Notes: generated by a model from the letters alone, not told the origin. A stretch of 63,039 nt of DNA, filler included, from Collodictyon triciliatum (GCA_043381765.1; 11 parts of 11 records of this genome joined end to end with filler, not necessarily neighbours in it); one strand, 5' to 3'; shown: positions 24,445-41,129, numbered from the whole stretch's first letter. Numbers and translations: made by a program.

Positions 24445-26747
24445 ATGGAAACTTCTGGTGATGAACTCAGCAAGCAAGGATCGACCTCTAACGTGTCAAG
24501 CAGTCTTCACTTTGGTCCCAGCAGACTTCGAATTAACCGCTTTACGGCTCGGTTCTACGATCCTCAAGTAGAGCGCCTGTTTGGAAGCTACTCCTACAGG
24601 AACCGATTGCAGTCAGTTCGCCACGGGACGGCAATATTTGGGTTCTTTGTGCTTTTATACATGGTGGCTGAGACCTGGATGATAGGAAAGGAGATCCTGG
24701 CTATCTTTAGGTTGATCCAGTTTGTTGGCATTGCTATCGTGTGCTTTTTCGTTTTTAGGGAGTTTCGCATGCTTAAGGAAAATGTAAGTAAAGAAGGAAT
24801 ACCAGAGAACCAAAGTATTTCCCTCGATTCCATCAATGTTGCATGGGCTCGTGCATTCTCATCACAAGCAGGAAAAATAATGGACTGTATATCCATCTAC
24901 TGTTGTTTGTGGGGGTGGATAACTCTCATCCCTATACGCGTAATACTCGGAAACTGGGACGAGATGCCTGTTTCTCTGATTATATTTAGTTGGGGAGCTC
25001 CTGTTGTGGCTCGGTGCCCTTTTGTTTATTCTTTACTATCTCACATTGTTGGAATAGGAAGGTTTCTCTTCTTCCTTACTTTTATACAATATATCAACAA
25101 CTGTATGATGGTGAACCAAAAACTTATACGACTTACAGCCTTTGGCTATTTTTTTATCTTTTCAGATTCGATAATTGTTTTATTTGATTTTTTAAAATAA
25201 ATAATAATAAAAAGCTTCGCGTTAGTGAGTATATTTCACTCAAGTTTCACCAACGTATGCCTCCAAGTATCTGCATTAAGTTCTGCATCTATTGCTGGTG
25301 TTTTTTTGTCTTACTCTACCTCGATATATCAACGCTCCCAGCTTCGAGCAATACTATGGTATTATGGAGGTATTCCTATTCTCTTTCCTGAAGAGATATA
25401 ATATGTCAAAATTTGTTTGAGTCTATATGAATATAAAAATCTTGTTTCCCGTTGTTCATAATTAAGTTCTCCATTCAATAATTTACTAAAAATTTTTTTC
25501 TACAGCAACGCCGCAAGGAACATCTATTTTTGAATTTATGAGAGTGGAGTATGCAAGGTTAAAAGGCAATTTACGTGGTTCTGTTCGCTTCTTTCGGTTT
25601 AAAAATCCAGACTGGGAGACCAGATTTGTAGATTTTCTTCATGTTAGGTTAAGCCTTTTGCTTTCTATTACTTATCTTCATTTATTTGTATCTTATTTAT
25701 ATAAGTCATGTTTGAATTCTGTAAAATACTGTTAAAATAATAAATCAAAAGCCAACATACACTGAAATCTTACCTTAACATAGATCTGAATTCTTTGTCA
25801 GAATAACGCTGCTCGGAATGTGCTTTAGCAATGCAATACTATATATACCTGATAACCAGCTTAATTCGGTATCAGCTTTATCGATTCACAATTACATCAT
25901 TATTTGATTGTATATTTTTTTCTGCAGCAACGATATATACCAAATTTTTTTTTTGAATGTTTGTTGTTTTTTTCTTCAAAAAAATAATATGCTCAACCAC
26001 CTTTGTTGTTGGCATGAAAAGGTTGAATCTTGATGTTTTTTCTTGATATGACAAAAATAGGATGTACGCAATTTTGCATTTTCTATCCGAACATATGCGA
26101 TGTTCCCTTTGTGGGTGTTGTGTCTGATTCTATCAATGTATGAAAAGTTAGCACCATATCGGCATTGGTTGGTCACATTTTTTTCATGCATGGCCATATG
26201 CCTTGAATATTCTGTCATTGCGTTCTTGAAAAAAGACGAAATCGACCCTTATTTCATCATGATGTGGAGAATTGTGGATGTCAGCTGTACATCACTATGC
26301 TTACCCTTTGTTAATGTTGCCTTCGTCATCATCGTGGCATTCTTCGGCACAATAGCCATGGTCATCGCTCAAAACCATTATTTCTATAACCTTTTGAACA
26401 TGACATTGTACATCAGCTCACTAGCAGTCGGTCTCTACTTATCGAAGCTCACCCAGGACGATTCGCGCATGGCATTCATCCAATTCGCCCATAGAATCAA
26501 AGTGGGAGATGATGGGATATATGGAATCGCTGAGCTGCCCTTCCCTCGGCCTTCCATGATTCCTGACATGCAAGCGTTCGCTCAAGTCCAGGCGCAATAC
26601 ACAGAGGATATTGAAATGAACGCATACTCGTCGCACACAGACGATGCGGTTGACTGCAGGGATACAAAACCGCATAGCGAGTCTTTGGATGCAGACTCTA
26701 CAGTTTCGCAGTTTGAAGTACCACAAAGCTTTCGCGTAAACCGATAA
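24445..26747 (+). CDS. multi-pass membrane protein resembling the two 6-TM anchors of membrane adenylyl/guanylyl cyclases, with no catalytic domain; 5 exons
   Basis: Two repeats beginning RFTARFYDPQVERLF and FFRFKNPDWETRF, each followed by hydrophobic helices ending LSYSTSIYQRSQL and YLSKLTQDDSRMAF; canonical splicing in phase. Confidence 0.65.
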
Positions 26748-26963
26748 ACCCAATTCTACTTTTCCTATTCTGCATGGCAAACAACAGAAACGAAAAAGAA
26801 AAAGAAAAAAAGGGAAAAAAGGAAACGAAGGAATCCTTGGCACCTTACGCTCCATTTGGCTGACTACGGCTTTTTCTTTGAGCCCTCTTCTTTTTGTTTT
26901 ATAAATATATGTAAACTACTCTTTTGATAACTCCGCGCAGCCAATAACACAAAAGGGGATAAA

Positions 26964-29557
<2,594 letters not shown>

Positions 29558-30015
29558 AGCAGCAACGAAAACACATTTATTGCTACGGCCCTCTTTGGGT
29601 TGAGTAGTCACCACATACCCTCACTTATTCCCACTCATGAACTGTTTCTGCAAAGTCCAAAATCACTGAATATCCCTTCGTATATAGAGATATATACAAA
29701 GCTACCCAAGGGGATATCTAGGAAGGACTCTGAGGAAAAGAATAAACACGTCATGGCGTTTGGGGAAATGTTAATAAATCAATACAAAAGGGGGTGTCAT
29801 CTGGCGGGTCGACCGTTTGGCAAACTTCATTCAATGTGTCTCCCTTGCGTTGAATTGATTAGAATGTGTCTGGCGTTATCCTTCTCCCTGAGTCGCCCCG
29901 TCTGACCGTGCTCAGAGTTTGGGTTTAGCCTAGAAAAGAAGCGGCACAGTAAGGCGCACAAAGGGATTCGTAGAAGGGAGTTGACAAATCTTTTATCATA
30001 GAGGCAAAGGCGCAG

Positions 30016-30145
30016 ATGAAGGCCGAGGCTGTCGGGATCTCGCTTGCAGCCGTCCCGGCTGTATGGCTGCGTAGCTCACTCCAGCTGTTGATGAAGAACA
30101 CGGCCACCGTGGGCCTTCAGGATGATCTGCTTGCGAATTGTCTAG
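30016..30145 (+). CDS. possible first exon of an unknown gene, truncated by the contig end
   Basis: MKAEAVGISLAAVPAVWLRSSLQLLMKN… open to a GTTTGT donor. Confidence 0.3.
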
Positions 30146-30615
30146 GTTTGTCGACGTGCGTTTAAGTTCTTTCGTCGCCCTTGGCCTAATATATTTCTTT
30201 CTAAATGTTGGTATATAAAACTAATAATGATTAATTAAAAAAAAAAAAGAAGAAAAAAAGAAAAAAAAAAGAAGAAAAGAAGAAGAAAAGAAGAAGAAAA
30301 GAAGAAGAAAAGAAGAAGAAAAGAAGAAGAAAAGAAGAAGAAAAGAAGAAGAAAAGAAGAAGAAANNNNNNNNNNNNNNNNNNNNNNNNNNNNNNNNNNN
30401 NNNNNNNNNTTAATTAATTAANNNNNNNNNNNNNNNNNNNNNNNNNNNNNNNNNNNNNNNNNNNNTGTTTGTTGTTTGTTGTTTGTTGTTTGTTGTTTGT
30501 TGTTTGTTGTTTGTTGTTTGTTGTTTGTTGTTTGTTGTTTGTTGTTTGTTGTTTGTTGTTTGTTGTTTGCTGCTGTCCTTGCTGATGTCGTCATTAATTA
30601 CATGTTTATGAATAG

Positions 30616-33337
30616 GCCTTTATGATTGAGCCCGGCTGTCCTGAATTTGGATTCCAATATGCACCAAGAGATTTACAAGCTTACACATCCTCCGAAAAAG
30701 GGAAAATGCTGGCAAAAACTCGGAAATCTCTCGATAATATATCCAGCGTGTTTTATCTATGGAATGACGTAAACTCTATTCTTCTTGATTTTGTGCAGTT
30801 TTCCTAGCATGATATATTTCCCTTAAAAATCTTAATGAGCTTAAACATTAAACTACATAGTTTATTGTGTTTGATGGCAACATCGAGCGGCCGAAAGGGT
30901 ATCTACTTTTGTTCTTTTGTTCTTTCTTCCTTTCGTCTTCCTTTCTTCTTCCTTTCTTCTTCCTTTCTTCTTCCTTTCTTCTTCCTTTCGTCTTCCTTTC
31001 GTCTTCCTTTCGTCTTCCTTTCTTCTTCCTTTCTTGTTTTTTCTTTTTCTTTTTCTTTTTCTTAATTCTGCGTTATCTACTTACAGTATCACTGGTTATG
31101 AGGCCAATCAGTTCTCTATATCGCAATTGAAATCAAAAGATAGCATCGAGGCTCTTAGGGAGGTTAGTCAGGCGCTTTTACCCTCATATTCTACTGAATT
31201 TTATTCTCTTATCTGTAATTTATTTGCTTGTTTGAATAAATTGGTATCCCGTCATGCACCTAATTTTATTATAACTAAACAAATTACACACATAGGGTGT
31301 TTCATTAGTCAAAATTATGGACCACCTTTTTACTATGTTTACAAATTCGAAACTTCTGGGCAAGGTAGGTAAATTAGAAGAGCCTCATATGGAAGAGTCT
31401 GGAAGGTACTTTGATCGCCCATCGCTCAGAAAAGAAGTGGTTCGAGCGCTATTCCTACTGTCTGACCACATGAATGGACAGCAAATCGAAAGGATGATTC
31501 TATTGTTTGATTACTTACTTGTGGAGATAAAGGGTACCGCGATTGAGGACCCTCTCATTAAACCGTGGCTGTTGCTCGGAATCTGCAAGGTAAGTACTGA
31601 GTTGGGCAAACCATTTCTTTTACCTCGAAACAAAAAAAAAAAGTAATTGCTATCTCGCTAATACTATCACAGGGAATGTCTTTGATGGAACAGCCACCCA
31701 AGATTCGGACGCATGTTGATCAGGTCGTCAAGGAACTGCTTGATTCTAACCTAATATTCACCCATCTGGCATGCTTTGATGCAGTCATATTCTTATTCCA
31801 GGCGTCGAAGAGACAAGTAGCACCTTATTATTATGTCATTCAAAACTGGGTTATACAATTTAGATTTTGAGGAACCATTCGTTTTCTTAAAAATATGTGC
31901 TAACTTTATCTATTGACTCTATGTAGCACTTGAATCCCTGCATAGTAACTTTGATGGACAAAAGCCGACAGATTTTAACTAGGACTGTTGTTACCAAAGT
32001 ACACGGTGAAAACACTGACTTAAAAGGTGTGAAGTATTCCTTCGATGCAAGAATCGGTGTGAGGTATTATCAGAAGCTCTTTGCGGTGATGTATCAGATT
32101 GTACTTGAATACCCAAGGATTTCAGAGGAGGCTGATTACACAAGATTTGTTGTAGCCTATTCAATTTCTGCCTCCACCTCACAATATACTCCTGTTAAGG
32201 TATTATTTGAAAGGAAGAAGAAAAAATAATATCTATTATGTACATTTCTTAGATTTTCACGTAAAGTCATTTTATTCATCCCCTAAATTACATTCTAGGT
32301 ATTGGTATCAGTATATGCAGGGCTAGAGCGCCTCCTAACTTCCTACACGCTCTCCCAAGTCCATAGACATGCAATCAGACTATTCACATTGAATCGATAC
32401 GAGATAGAGAAACCAAAGATGAAGTTTTCTAGCCATTATTTTAATCTTTTGCAAGTATTTTCCGACTGCGAGTCCTTCACGCAGAAACTTATATCCATTT
32501 ATGAAGAGACTCGTAAAGGAATTCTTCAAAACAATTTATTTATCACTTCGTCATATTTGAGTATTATGCAAACGGCACAAGCAACTCAAGAAGTTGATGG
32601 ATACACACCAAATGTGTGAGTTTCGTTTTATATATAAATAGTTTTTTGAGATTGTACTTAATGTTTGATACAATTCACAGCCAAATGGATTTGACAGAGC
32701 GAGTGATGGAATGCTTTGGCCGGATATGGGAGAAGCCGACTAACGATGGGATTTATCTTTCAAAGTGAGTATTATGCATAATTTTTGCCTTCAACATACC
32801 ATGAGATTGTAACAAGGAGTACGCGAGTGCAATCTGACAAACTACTTGTCTATTCTATTTTTAGATGGCTCTCCCATTCCCTATGTGATTTGCTTGCGAT
32901 TGAGCAGACTGCTATGCTACTCTTTGGAGAGTTTCTTACACAGCGAGGGAATCCGTTTATGATTGGACATGTTATATTCAAGGTCCTTTGAATCTCATAT
33001 TTTAGAGCATTGCATGTAACATGGCTAACTATCTAGAAGTAGAAATCGCTCCATATGATGTGTTAATATTCCTTTTCTTTTAGGTTGGCAGCTACATGGT
33101 GTCAAAGAAAAGACATGACTTAATTGTGGAATGGATCACCTCCTTCATCACTGCCGCACCATCGAGCATTCCACCTGATTACTTGCTCTGGTCACTGTCG
33201 GTTCTTTTCTTGTGTGCATCTACGAAACCGCATATTCACTCTCTGTAAGAAAGACTTTCTTTTTCTTTTTCTTTTTCTTTTTCTTTTTCTTTTTCTTTTT
33301 CTTTTTCTTTTTCTTTTTCTTTTTCTTTTTCTTTTTC

Positions 33338-33368
<31 letters not shown>

Positions 33369-33868
33369 CTTTTCTTTTCTTTTCTTTTCTTTTCTTTTCT
33401 TTTCTTTTCTTTTTCTTTACATTTTACTTGAGCAACAAAGCCATGTGTAACTAGCAACCCTATCGATTAGAAAACTATGTAACGCTTTTGCTAAAAATGA
33501 ATAGGTTTTACCACATCTCCAATGCACCATTCCCTGACCGTGAAGTCTTTTTAACAGCCGCATGCGATTTTTACTCTCACCAGGTTTTTTTTTAGAGCAT
33601 ATTTGTGTTGCTTGCACTTCAGTATTAGGGACTCATGCTTAGCTCCGATGAAATCCTGAGGATGACATTTTCTGGCTTCAAAATGCGATGTTTGTGCATT
33701 CTGATTTTATCCTTTTCAATTAATATTAATTCACTTTTACAGAATTTGACCCCGGAGAAACGTGCAGAGATGAAGCGCGAGTTTGAAGAGCGCAGCAAGT
33801 CGGTTCATGTATTCAGCACACTGGTTGACCTGATGGCCGAGTTTGATAGAGAATCATTCATTCATTAG
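30616..33868 (+). CDS. HTT: huntingtin-like protein, C-terminal HEAT region (5' partial, 12 exons)
   Basis: Motifs follow huntingtin C-terminal order: PGCP…PR…GKML…R; LFLLSD…QIE…EDPLI…LGICK; YAGLERLL; TERVMECFGRI; LFGEFL…VIFKV; IVEWI…LWSLSVLFLCAS; FLTAACDFY. Confidence 0.8.
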
Positions 33869-34535
33869 ACAAAACCCCCAACTTATGATTTCATCTTCTC
33901 TGGGCAAATAAAAAAAAAATATTGAAATGAGACATGAGAGAAGGCAAACCACCAAGTGTCAACTAAAATCCATCGGGTGCCCCAAGTGCTCTTTTGGTGA
34001 TGATGCTTACCTTTCGAACGCGGCAGAAAAGAGCGGTGAACACAGAGCTCATCAGCCGAATGGTTTGAAAGGAAGAGAAAGAAAAGAAAATGGAGACCGT
34101 CCTACTCCATCTGCAGAAAACATCGCCTGTGAGCATAACAACCTATGCACGGCTCTGGCAGAGAAACGTCACGCGAAAACCACCACCTGTCACCCTCATT
34201 TCCGTTCACATTCCACCACACAGACCACATTTTCCAATTCAGGCATGAATGAACAAAGCATTCAAACCCTGGGAAAAGAAAAGAAACAACAAACAACAGG
34301 CGTAAAAGAAACATATATAGACGAAAAGAACACATAACGCCTTTTGACACGAAAGGATCAAACGGTGGCCTTTGGCGTGACCTTTGGTGGGCCAAAAGCG
34401 ATTGCCTTTTCGAATCGCCCTTCTTCTCAAGGCTCCTCGCGCAGTGGCAAAAACCCGAGGATCGGCTCATGACAGCTGCCTTTCTAAACAAACTTCTGCC
34501 ATCGTAGCTGTGCCTGTCATCAACCCACGCACCCC

Positions 34536-35278
34536 ATGTGGCTGAGCGAATCCTCCCGCGCAAAGTTTCTTCGTCGCGGCCCGTATGTTGTGTACGCACT
34601 CACCATCTTTGCGATCATGTTTGTGGTTGTGGCAATGATCTTGGACGTATACTCGCACTCCGACTGCATGCGATCGGACACCATGTATACATTCGGCTGG
34701 GACGATGTTCGTGCGGGCGACGACAACTCGATCAAATACGAAGACTGTGATCAGCGCTCGGAGTGTGAGGATTTGAAAAAGACTGGGCGGGTTACAATCA
34801 CGATGGGCATCTTTACAGTGATCGCCGCCACGCTTTCCAATATCTTTTATCACCTGTACAGCTCGCCGGTATGTTCTTTGTCTTCATCGGTGTTCTTTTT
34901 CTTTTTCTTTTATCGTTATCTTTTATCGTTATCTTTTATCTTAATCATTATCGTTATCATTATCGTTATATTTTATCTTAATCATTATCGTTATCATTAT
35001 CGTTATCGTTATCATTTTTTTGCTTCAATTTCTTTTCTCTTTTTTTTTCTTTTTAATTAGACACATATATTTATTGTTTTGGTTTCTTAGGGAAACAAAT
35101 GGATGAAGTCGGCGTCGTTGCTCTTGTATATTCTCTCGACCTTCTTTTGCCTGTTTTACTTTTCCATCTGGTCGAGTGAAAGCGACGCGCCTATTGAGAG
35201 ATTTGTCACAGAGGTGGAGTCCTTTTCTACGCGCGCATGGTCGTTTATGTTCGCAGCCGCATGTTTTGTCTTTTTCGT

Positions 35279-35340
<62 letters not shown>

Positions 35341-35523
35341 TATCATCATTATCATTCTGTGATTTACCCTTTGGCTTTTGTTCCGACGTCATCTTAGGAT
35401 TGCGATGTGGAGCTTGACGCGTCCATTGATCTGGGCGTTGCTGGGTTTGTCTTTCTCCTCGCTGCTTCGGTCACACGCGGCCTGCTTTTGATGGCAGAGA
35501 TTCCGTACCGAAGCATCGAGTGA
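34536..35523 (+). CDS. four-TM claudin/PMP22/amastin-like protein; exons 34536-34868, 35091-35213, 35398-35523
   Basis: Four hydrophobic helices; first loop with GW and C…C; ends in a YRSI (YxxΦ) tail. Confidence 0.65.
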
Positions 35524-36042
35524 ACATAGTCTTGTCGCGATGAAAAAAAAAAGTTATCATCATCACCATCATTGCTGTGCTGATGATACGCATATGATTC
35601 CATTAACATGAAACGCGCTCCAGCAAATGAAACAAAAGGCGGAAGAACAGAGACTAAGCACGAGACAAGACGAAAGAGAAAGCCTTAATTATAAAGTCGA
35701 TATAAAGAGCCTGTGTCTAGTCACACAGCAATCCTTCCCACCTTCTGCCTGCCTTGTGCCTTATGAATCCCGACTTTCTCGGGTTGCCATCGAAGCAGTC
35801 TTTTCGTTTCGGTGCGTGATTCGCATCGCGCTCAGGAAAAGAGAGTAGGTGTGGGTGTGTCTGGTTGCTGGGCGACTCCGTTTGTAACCGCCTTTTTTTT
35901 TTTTTTTTTTTTAAGGCAAAGGGTTTCGGCATGTTTTTCTTTNNNNNNNNNNNNNNNNNNNNNNNNNNNNNNNNNNNNNNNNNNNNTTAATTAATTAANN
36001 NNNNNNNNNNNNNNNNNNNNNNNNNNNNNNNNNNNNNNNNNN

Positions 36043-38723
36043 GTCTTGGTCATCGATGCATTCAACCAGTTGGTCAATTCAGAGCAAAACAAGCACGTCC
36101 ACCGCCTTGAATGGCTTCCCAAAAAGACACCAAAGAACATCTCCATCGTAGCATCAACCATCGACACCCACGAATCATGCGATGTTTGTTAATTTTTTTG
36201 AGGATTTAATACATTTGGATTAACCCAATCGCTTTTAAATAGGTTGCCAGGTCAGCAGGGCTAGATGTCATTCATGTATCGAAGCTTGACGATGTCGGAA
36301 TCAGACAAGCAGCCACCTCGTTCTTCAAGCGCTACAACAAGACCTTGAACGAGGAACAGATGAAGACGATACTGAGTAAATGTGGTGATACTGGTGAGTG
36401 TAGCTAATGATTCGAATATCTTTATATTCTATTTTTAGGACACATATATTAATGATGTATACAAGAACAGGTCATCCACTCTACCTGCGCATTGTGTTGG
36501 ATGAGCTTCGTGTGTTTGGAGTGTACGAAAGAGTTGATGCTGAGATTCATGAAATGCTGGCGATAAAGGGAGTTGTCAATTTGTTCGACCTTGTGATGAG
36601 TCGCTGGGAAAAGAAATACGGTTTTGTGATGCATTTAAAGCGGTTCTTTTAATATGATTTTATTGACTTATATGGAATTTTAGGAGAGGATATTGTCCGT
36701 CTGTCCATCAGTGTTCTTTATGTGTCGCGCATTGGTCTTGATGAAAACGAGCTGGATAAATATATGGAGCATCGCCTTAACCAAATTCATATGCAAATCA
36801 ACCATGCGACCTGGTATATCGTGTCTTGTTATATGATTTATACGTAAACTTTTGATAAATTATATTTTTTATAATAGGAAATCATTTCTTTTTGTCTTGC
36901 TGGACTCGCTCTTTGTGAGGAACGGGAGGTGATATGGGTATTCATATGTTTCTTAATGGTCGTAATTGTTAATCACAATGTCTTTATTAGATACGCGTTC
37001 TCTCACCAGCTGCTGACACAATCCATCAAAGAGAGATACTTTAAGGATGAAGCATACACAAAAAGTGAAGCACGTGAATATGGATTGTGGCTGCTGGGTG
37101 AATACGGCTCTGGCACTGAAGACAAGAGTCTTGTTGCCGAAATATGCCACAATCTGAGGATTTCGAGCGAATATGACAAACTAGTGAACTTTATGAAGAG
37201 TGAAAAGGTTAAATTGTGGATTTTATTTTTTTAGAACTGTGACATGTGTTGTAATATAGTCTTTAGGTTGTTGTGAGCATGCTGAATGACAACTATCGCT
37301 TCGAGTTTTATGAATGTTGGAGAGCGCTGAATAAGAACGGTTATGACCACAAAGTCGTCTATTGTGAGTTGACCAAGGTGATAAAACTATAATACATATA
37401 TCAATAATGAATTTATTATAATGGGTATGTACAACAGCAATTGAATCCTGCTGGCTCTGCGCTGGTTGAATATTTTCAGAAAATTCAAGAGAATGCCTTT
37501 TTGATTCCGATTCTTGAGCACCGCATTTCTGTTGAGACGGATGAAGGTTTGGTCGTTTGATTTGGATTTTAGTTAGTATTGCTAATGTTGGTTCGTCTTT
37601 ATTAGGTTCGAATAGCAAAAATCTGATTTTTCTGGGAAATGTTTATCGTCAACTTGGAAAGTATATTTTATTTGATTATGTGTATGTATTTGTTCTTAAT
37701 TAACATATTATTTAATAGGAATGACAAAGCACTGGAGTACTACCACAAATCATTGGAAATCCGACTGAAGGTGTTTGGAGAAATCCACCCTAGTGTTGCC
37801 GCTTCATATAACAATATTGGAAGTGTTAACGATGGCTTCGGAAAGTATTTACATATTTAATCACGTACTATGTATATATTTATCCTTAATTAACTTATTA
37901 TTTAATAGGAATGACAAAGCACTGGAGTACTACCACAAATCACTTGAAATACGACTGAAAGTATTTGGAGAAATCCACCCTGATGTTGCCGAGTCATATA
38001 ATAATATTGGAGTGGTTTACTATAACCTTGGAAAGTATCTTTTATTTGATAATGTATATGTTTAATCCTTTCATTAGCTTAATATTTAATAGGTATGACG
38101 AAGCCTTGGAGCACTACCACAAATCATTGGAAATCCGACTGAAGGTGTTTGGAGAAGTCCACCCTGATGTTGCCGCTTCATATAATAATATTGGAGTGGT
38201 TTACAAGAAGCTCGGAAAGTATCTTTTATTTTATTATGTGTTTATATTTATTCCTTTCGTTAAATTATTATTTAATAGAAATGAAGAAGCTCTGAAATAC
38301 TATCACAAATCACTGGAAATTCGACTGAAATTATATGAAGTCCATCCTGAAGTTGCTGAGTCATATAACAATATTGGAAATGTTTACGGTGACCTCGGAA
38401 AGTATTTTTTTATTTGATTGTTTTATGTTTATCCTTTCGTTAAATTATTATTTAATAGGAATGACAAACCTCTGGAGTACCACCACAAATCACTTGAGAT
38501 TAAGCTGAAAGTATATGGAGAGACACACCCTGGTATTGGGGATACATACTACAATATGGGTAGACTACTCATGAACCAGAAGAAATATCAAGAGGCTTTC
38601 GACATGTACCAAAAAGCCAAGAATGTGTATGAGCATGTGTATGGTGCAGACCATCCCGAGACCAAAGACGCAGAAAAGCGAATGATAAATGCACAGAAGA
38701 ATCCAACATGTTCAATCCAGTGA
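36043..38723 (+). CDS. NACHT/STAND ATPase (NPHP3/TEP1-type) + TPR repeats + CaaX, 5' partial
   Basis: Walker B VLVIDAFNQL, LEWLP…IVAST, GHPLYL…LDELRVFG and YAFSH; 42-aa TPR repeats (KALEYYHKSLEIRLKVFGEIHPDVA.SYNNIG); ends CSIQ*. Confidence 0.88.
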
Positions 38724-41127
38724 CTCATCTGTTACCCACCCCATTCATCCACCCATACAGCACCCTTTCCACAAAAACAAGTACAAGTGAGTACTATCAC
38801 GATGACCGCCAAACTGAACGAGTGCAGACGACTGCTAGCTTGTTCGCAGGGGCTGGATGAAAAGAATAAAAAAAAAAAAAACTCAACCAACGTAACCTTT
38901 CCAGCAGTTGCCGATAAATGAGACACATCTCCTGTTTGTTTGATAACCGACCTGGAGTATGTACCACAGGCTAAAAGAATGATTATGTGTTGTTTATCAT
39001 TGCGCTACTGAGGCTGTTTGCTTTTATTTGATACATTCATATTATTATTTTTTTCGCTTAGTTAAATGTTGGAATGTCAGCTTCATGGACACAATGCTTT
39101 CATTTTCTTCTTGCGCCCATGATGATGGTGGGCTGTAACGATACATGCACTCGCTTTGTGTGCCTTTATTCTGTCTTATATTATATTCATCGACTTACTT
39201 GAAGGCTGTCGGTATCCTTGACTGACTGCACTGTTGTCTGATGCATATGCAGTTTGATTATTCGCCGAAGTGTTTTGTTGTTTTGTGTGTGTTTGTTTGT
39301 TGGCTCCACAGTGCGATTGGTCTCGGTTTTTTCTTTGACATTCACCTGCTCACTACATTTCTTTTCGTTTACTTTTTGTTTTCTTCTCTTTTTTTCTGTT
39401 TCCTTCTGCTTTTACTTTCTTCTCTTTTTCTTCTCTTTTTCTTCTCTTTTTCTTCTCTTTTTCTTCTCTTTTTCTTCTCTTTTTCTTCTCTTTTTCTTCT
39501 CTTTTTCTTCTCTTTNNNNNNNNNNTTTCTTCTCTTTTTCTTCTCTTTTTCTTCTCTTTTTCTTCTCTTTTTCTTCTCTTTTCTTCTCTTTTTTTTGTTT
39601 TCTTCTCTTTTATTCAATATTTTCATCTTTCATTATAATACCTCCAATTTGCGCAACATAGTGAAGGACTTGGCTTGGATCGCTAGCCATCGATTGCATG
39701 GACTCTACTAGGTTGCTATTTGGCCGGTGAAGCAAACTGTAATCAATAATTGTTTTATGTGCGTTGGCCTGTAGGCTGATTTTTGTGCTTGCATGAGAGA
39801 GGCAGGGTTTATTCTCTTTCCCGGTTTTTATTTTGTATAGATTATTCAATACCAGGTGTCTACATATGCTTAGCTTTACGTGTATGTACCCCTGGATGAA
39901 TAAGCATGCTTGACTAATATCACTTTGTAGTGTATATCCCTACTAAATCTCAATTTGTAGTCTATGGCCAGCTTTGTATCCTTCACAAGGGATTAGCAAT
40001 CATTGATGCATTATATCCAACAGCATGCATTTGGTGACATGTCTCATAAAAAGGTACACCGGTTCATTTATTTGAAAATTATTTGCATTCCTGTGTGTGT
40101 TTCTCTGTCTCTTATAATATTGCTTTATTTTCTCTACGTCACCTTCGCTAATTTTATTTTATTTTCGACTCTTTTTTTTTTCATTATTAGGAATCACAAT
40201 ATCTACACTCACAAAAGCAAAGTTTTCTTTCCTAATTGTCTTTGATATCCCACAAAGTTGCTTCCTCATAGGCCTTTTCCAAAAAACTAATGTACTATAT
40301 AAGTCTCTGCAGAATAATATGTCATTTGTAATAGCTTATTAGAGTATGAATACTATTTTGGTAATGCAAAGATAACAGATTGGTTTTGTTGCACACGCCC
40401 TTGATGCTTAAAGATTATTAGTTGTGTATTGGTCTTGCTGCTTCATTTGAACGGCACATATCAAGGTTGTCCTCTATCCATTTGCTACTTTTATTTATTT
40501 TGTCTTTTTTTTTTTTTTTGCTTATAATATTAACAAGATATGTTTTTATTCAATCAGAGCAAGCGTCGCTTTCCTACCTGATAATCTTGTAGTAATATGA
40601 GCCGTAAAGTGGAACGTATCCCAGAAAAAGATACCGCACAGTTTTATTCGCGTAAATTGTATACGTTAACGATTGCACATAAAGCACAATTTTTTTCTCA
40701 AATAACTCATCTATTTAATTTTGTGTGCTTATGTCTTCATTTTATGCATATTTTATTGCACTATCGTGTTTTCCCCCTTTTTTACAACAACAATATGTAT
40801 TGTGCACTCAGCATTGTTTGTTCCATTACGCTGTCTTCAACCTCATTATGCTTTCTTGGATTGCTTCTGGTCAGTCAGTCTCATTTCCTGATTGTTACCT
40901 TGATCTGATGACCTTCTTTTATCGCCTTCCATCGTGCTTTGGCTCCAATTGTTTCTCATTCTATCTTTTTACCCTTGTTAAAACAGGGGCTTCTATAATA
41001 AAAAAAATTAAACAAAATCGATGCATGGACCTTTTCTATAACAAAAAACTGCGTATGGTTTCCTTTCATGAATGACAATCACTACAGCTTTCATGTCCTT
41101 CTCTTTTTTATAAAAAAAAAAATGCAG

Positions 41128-41129
41128 AC

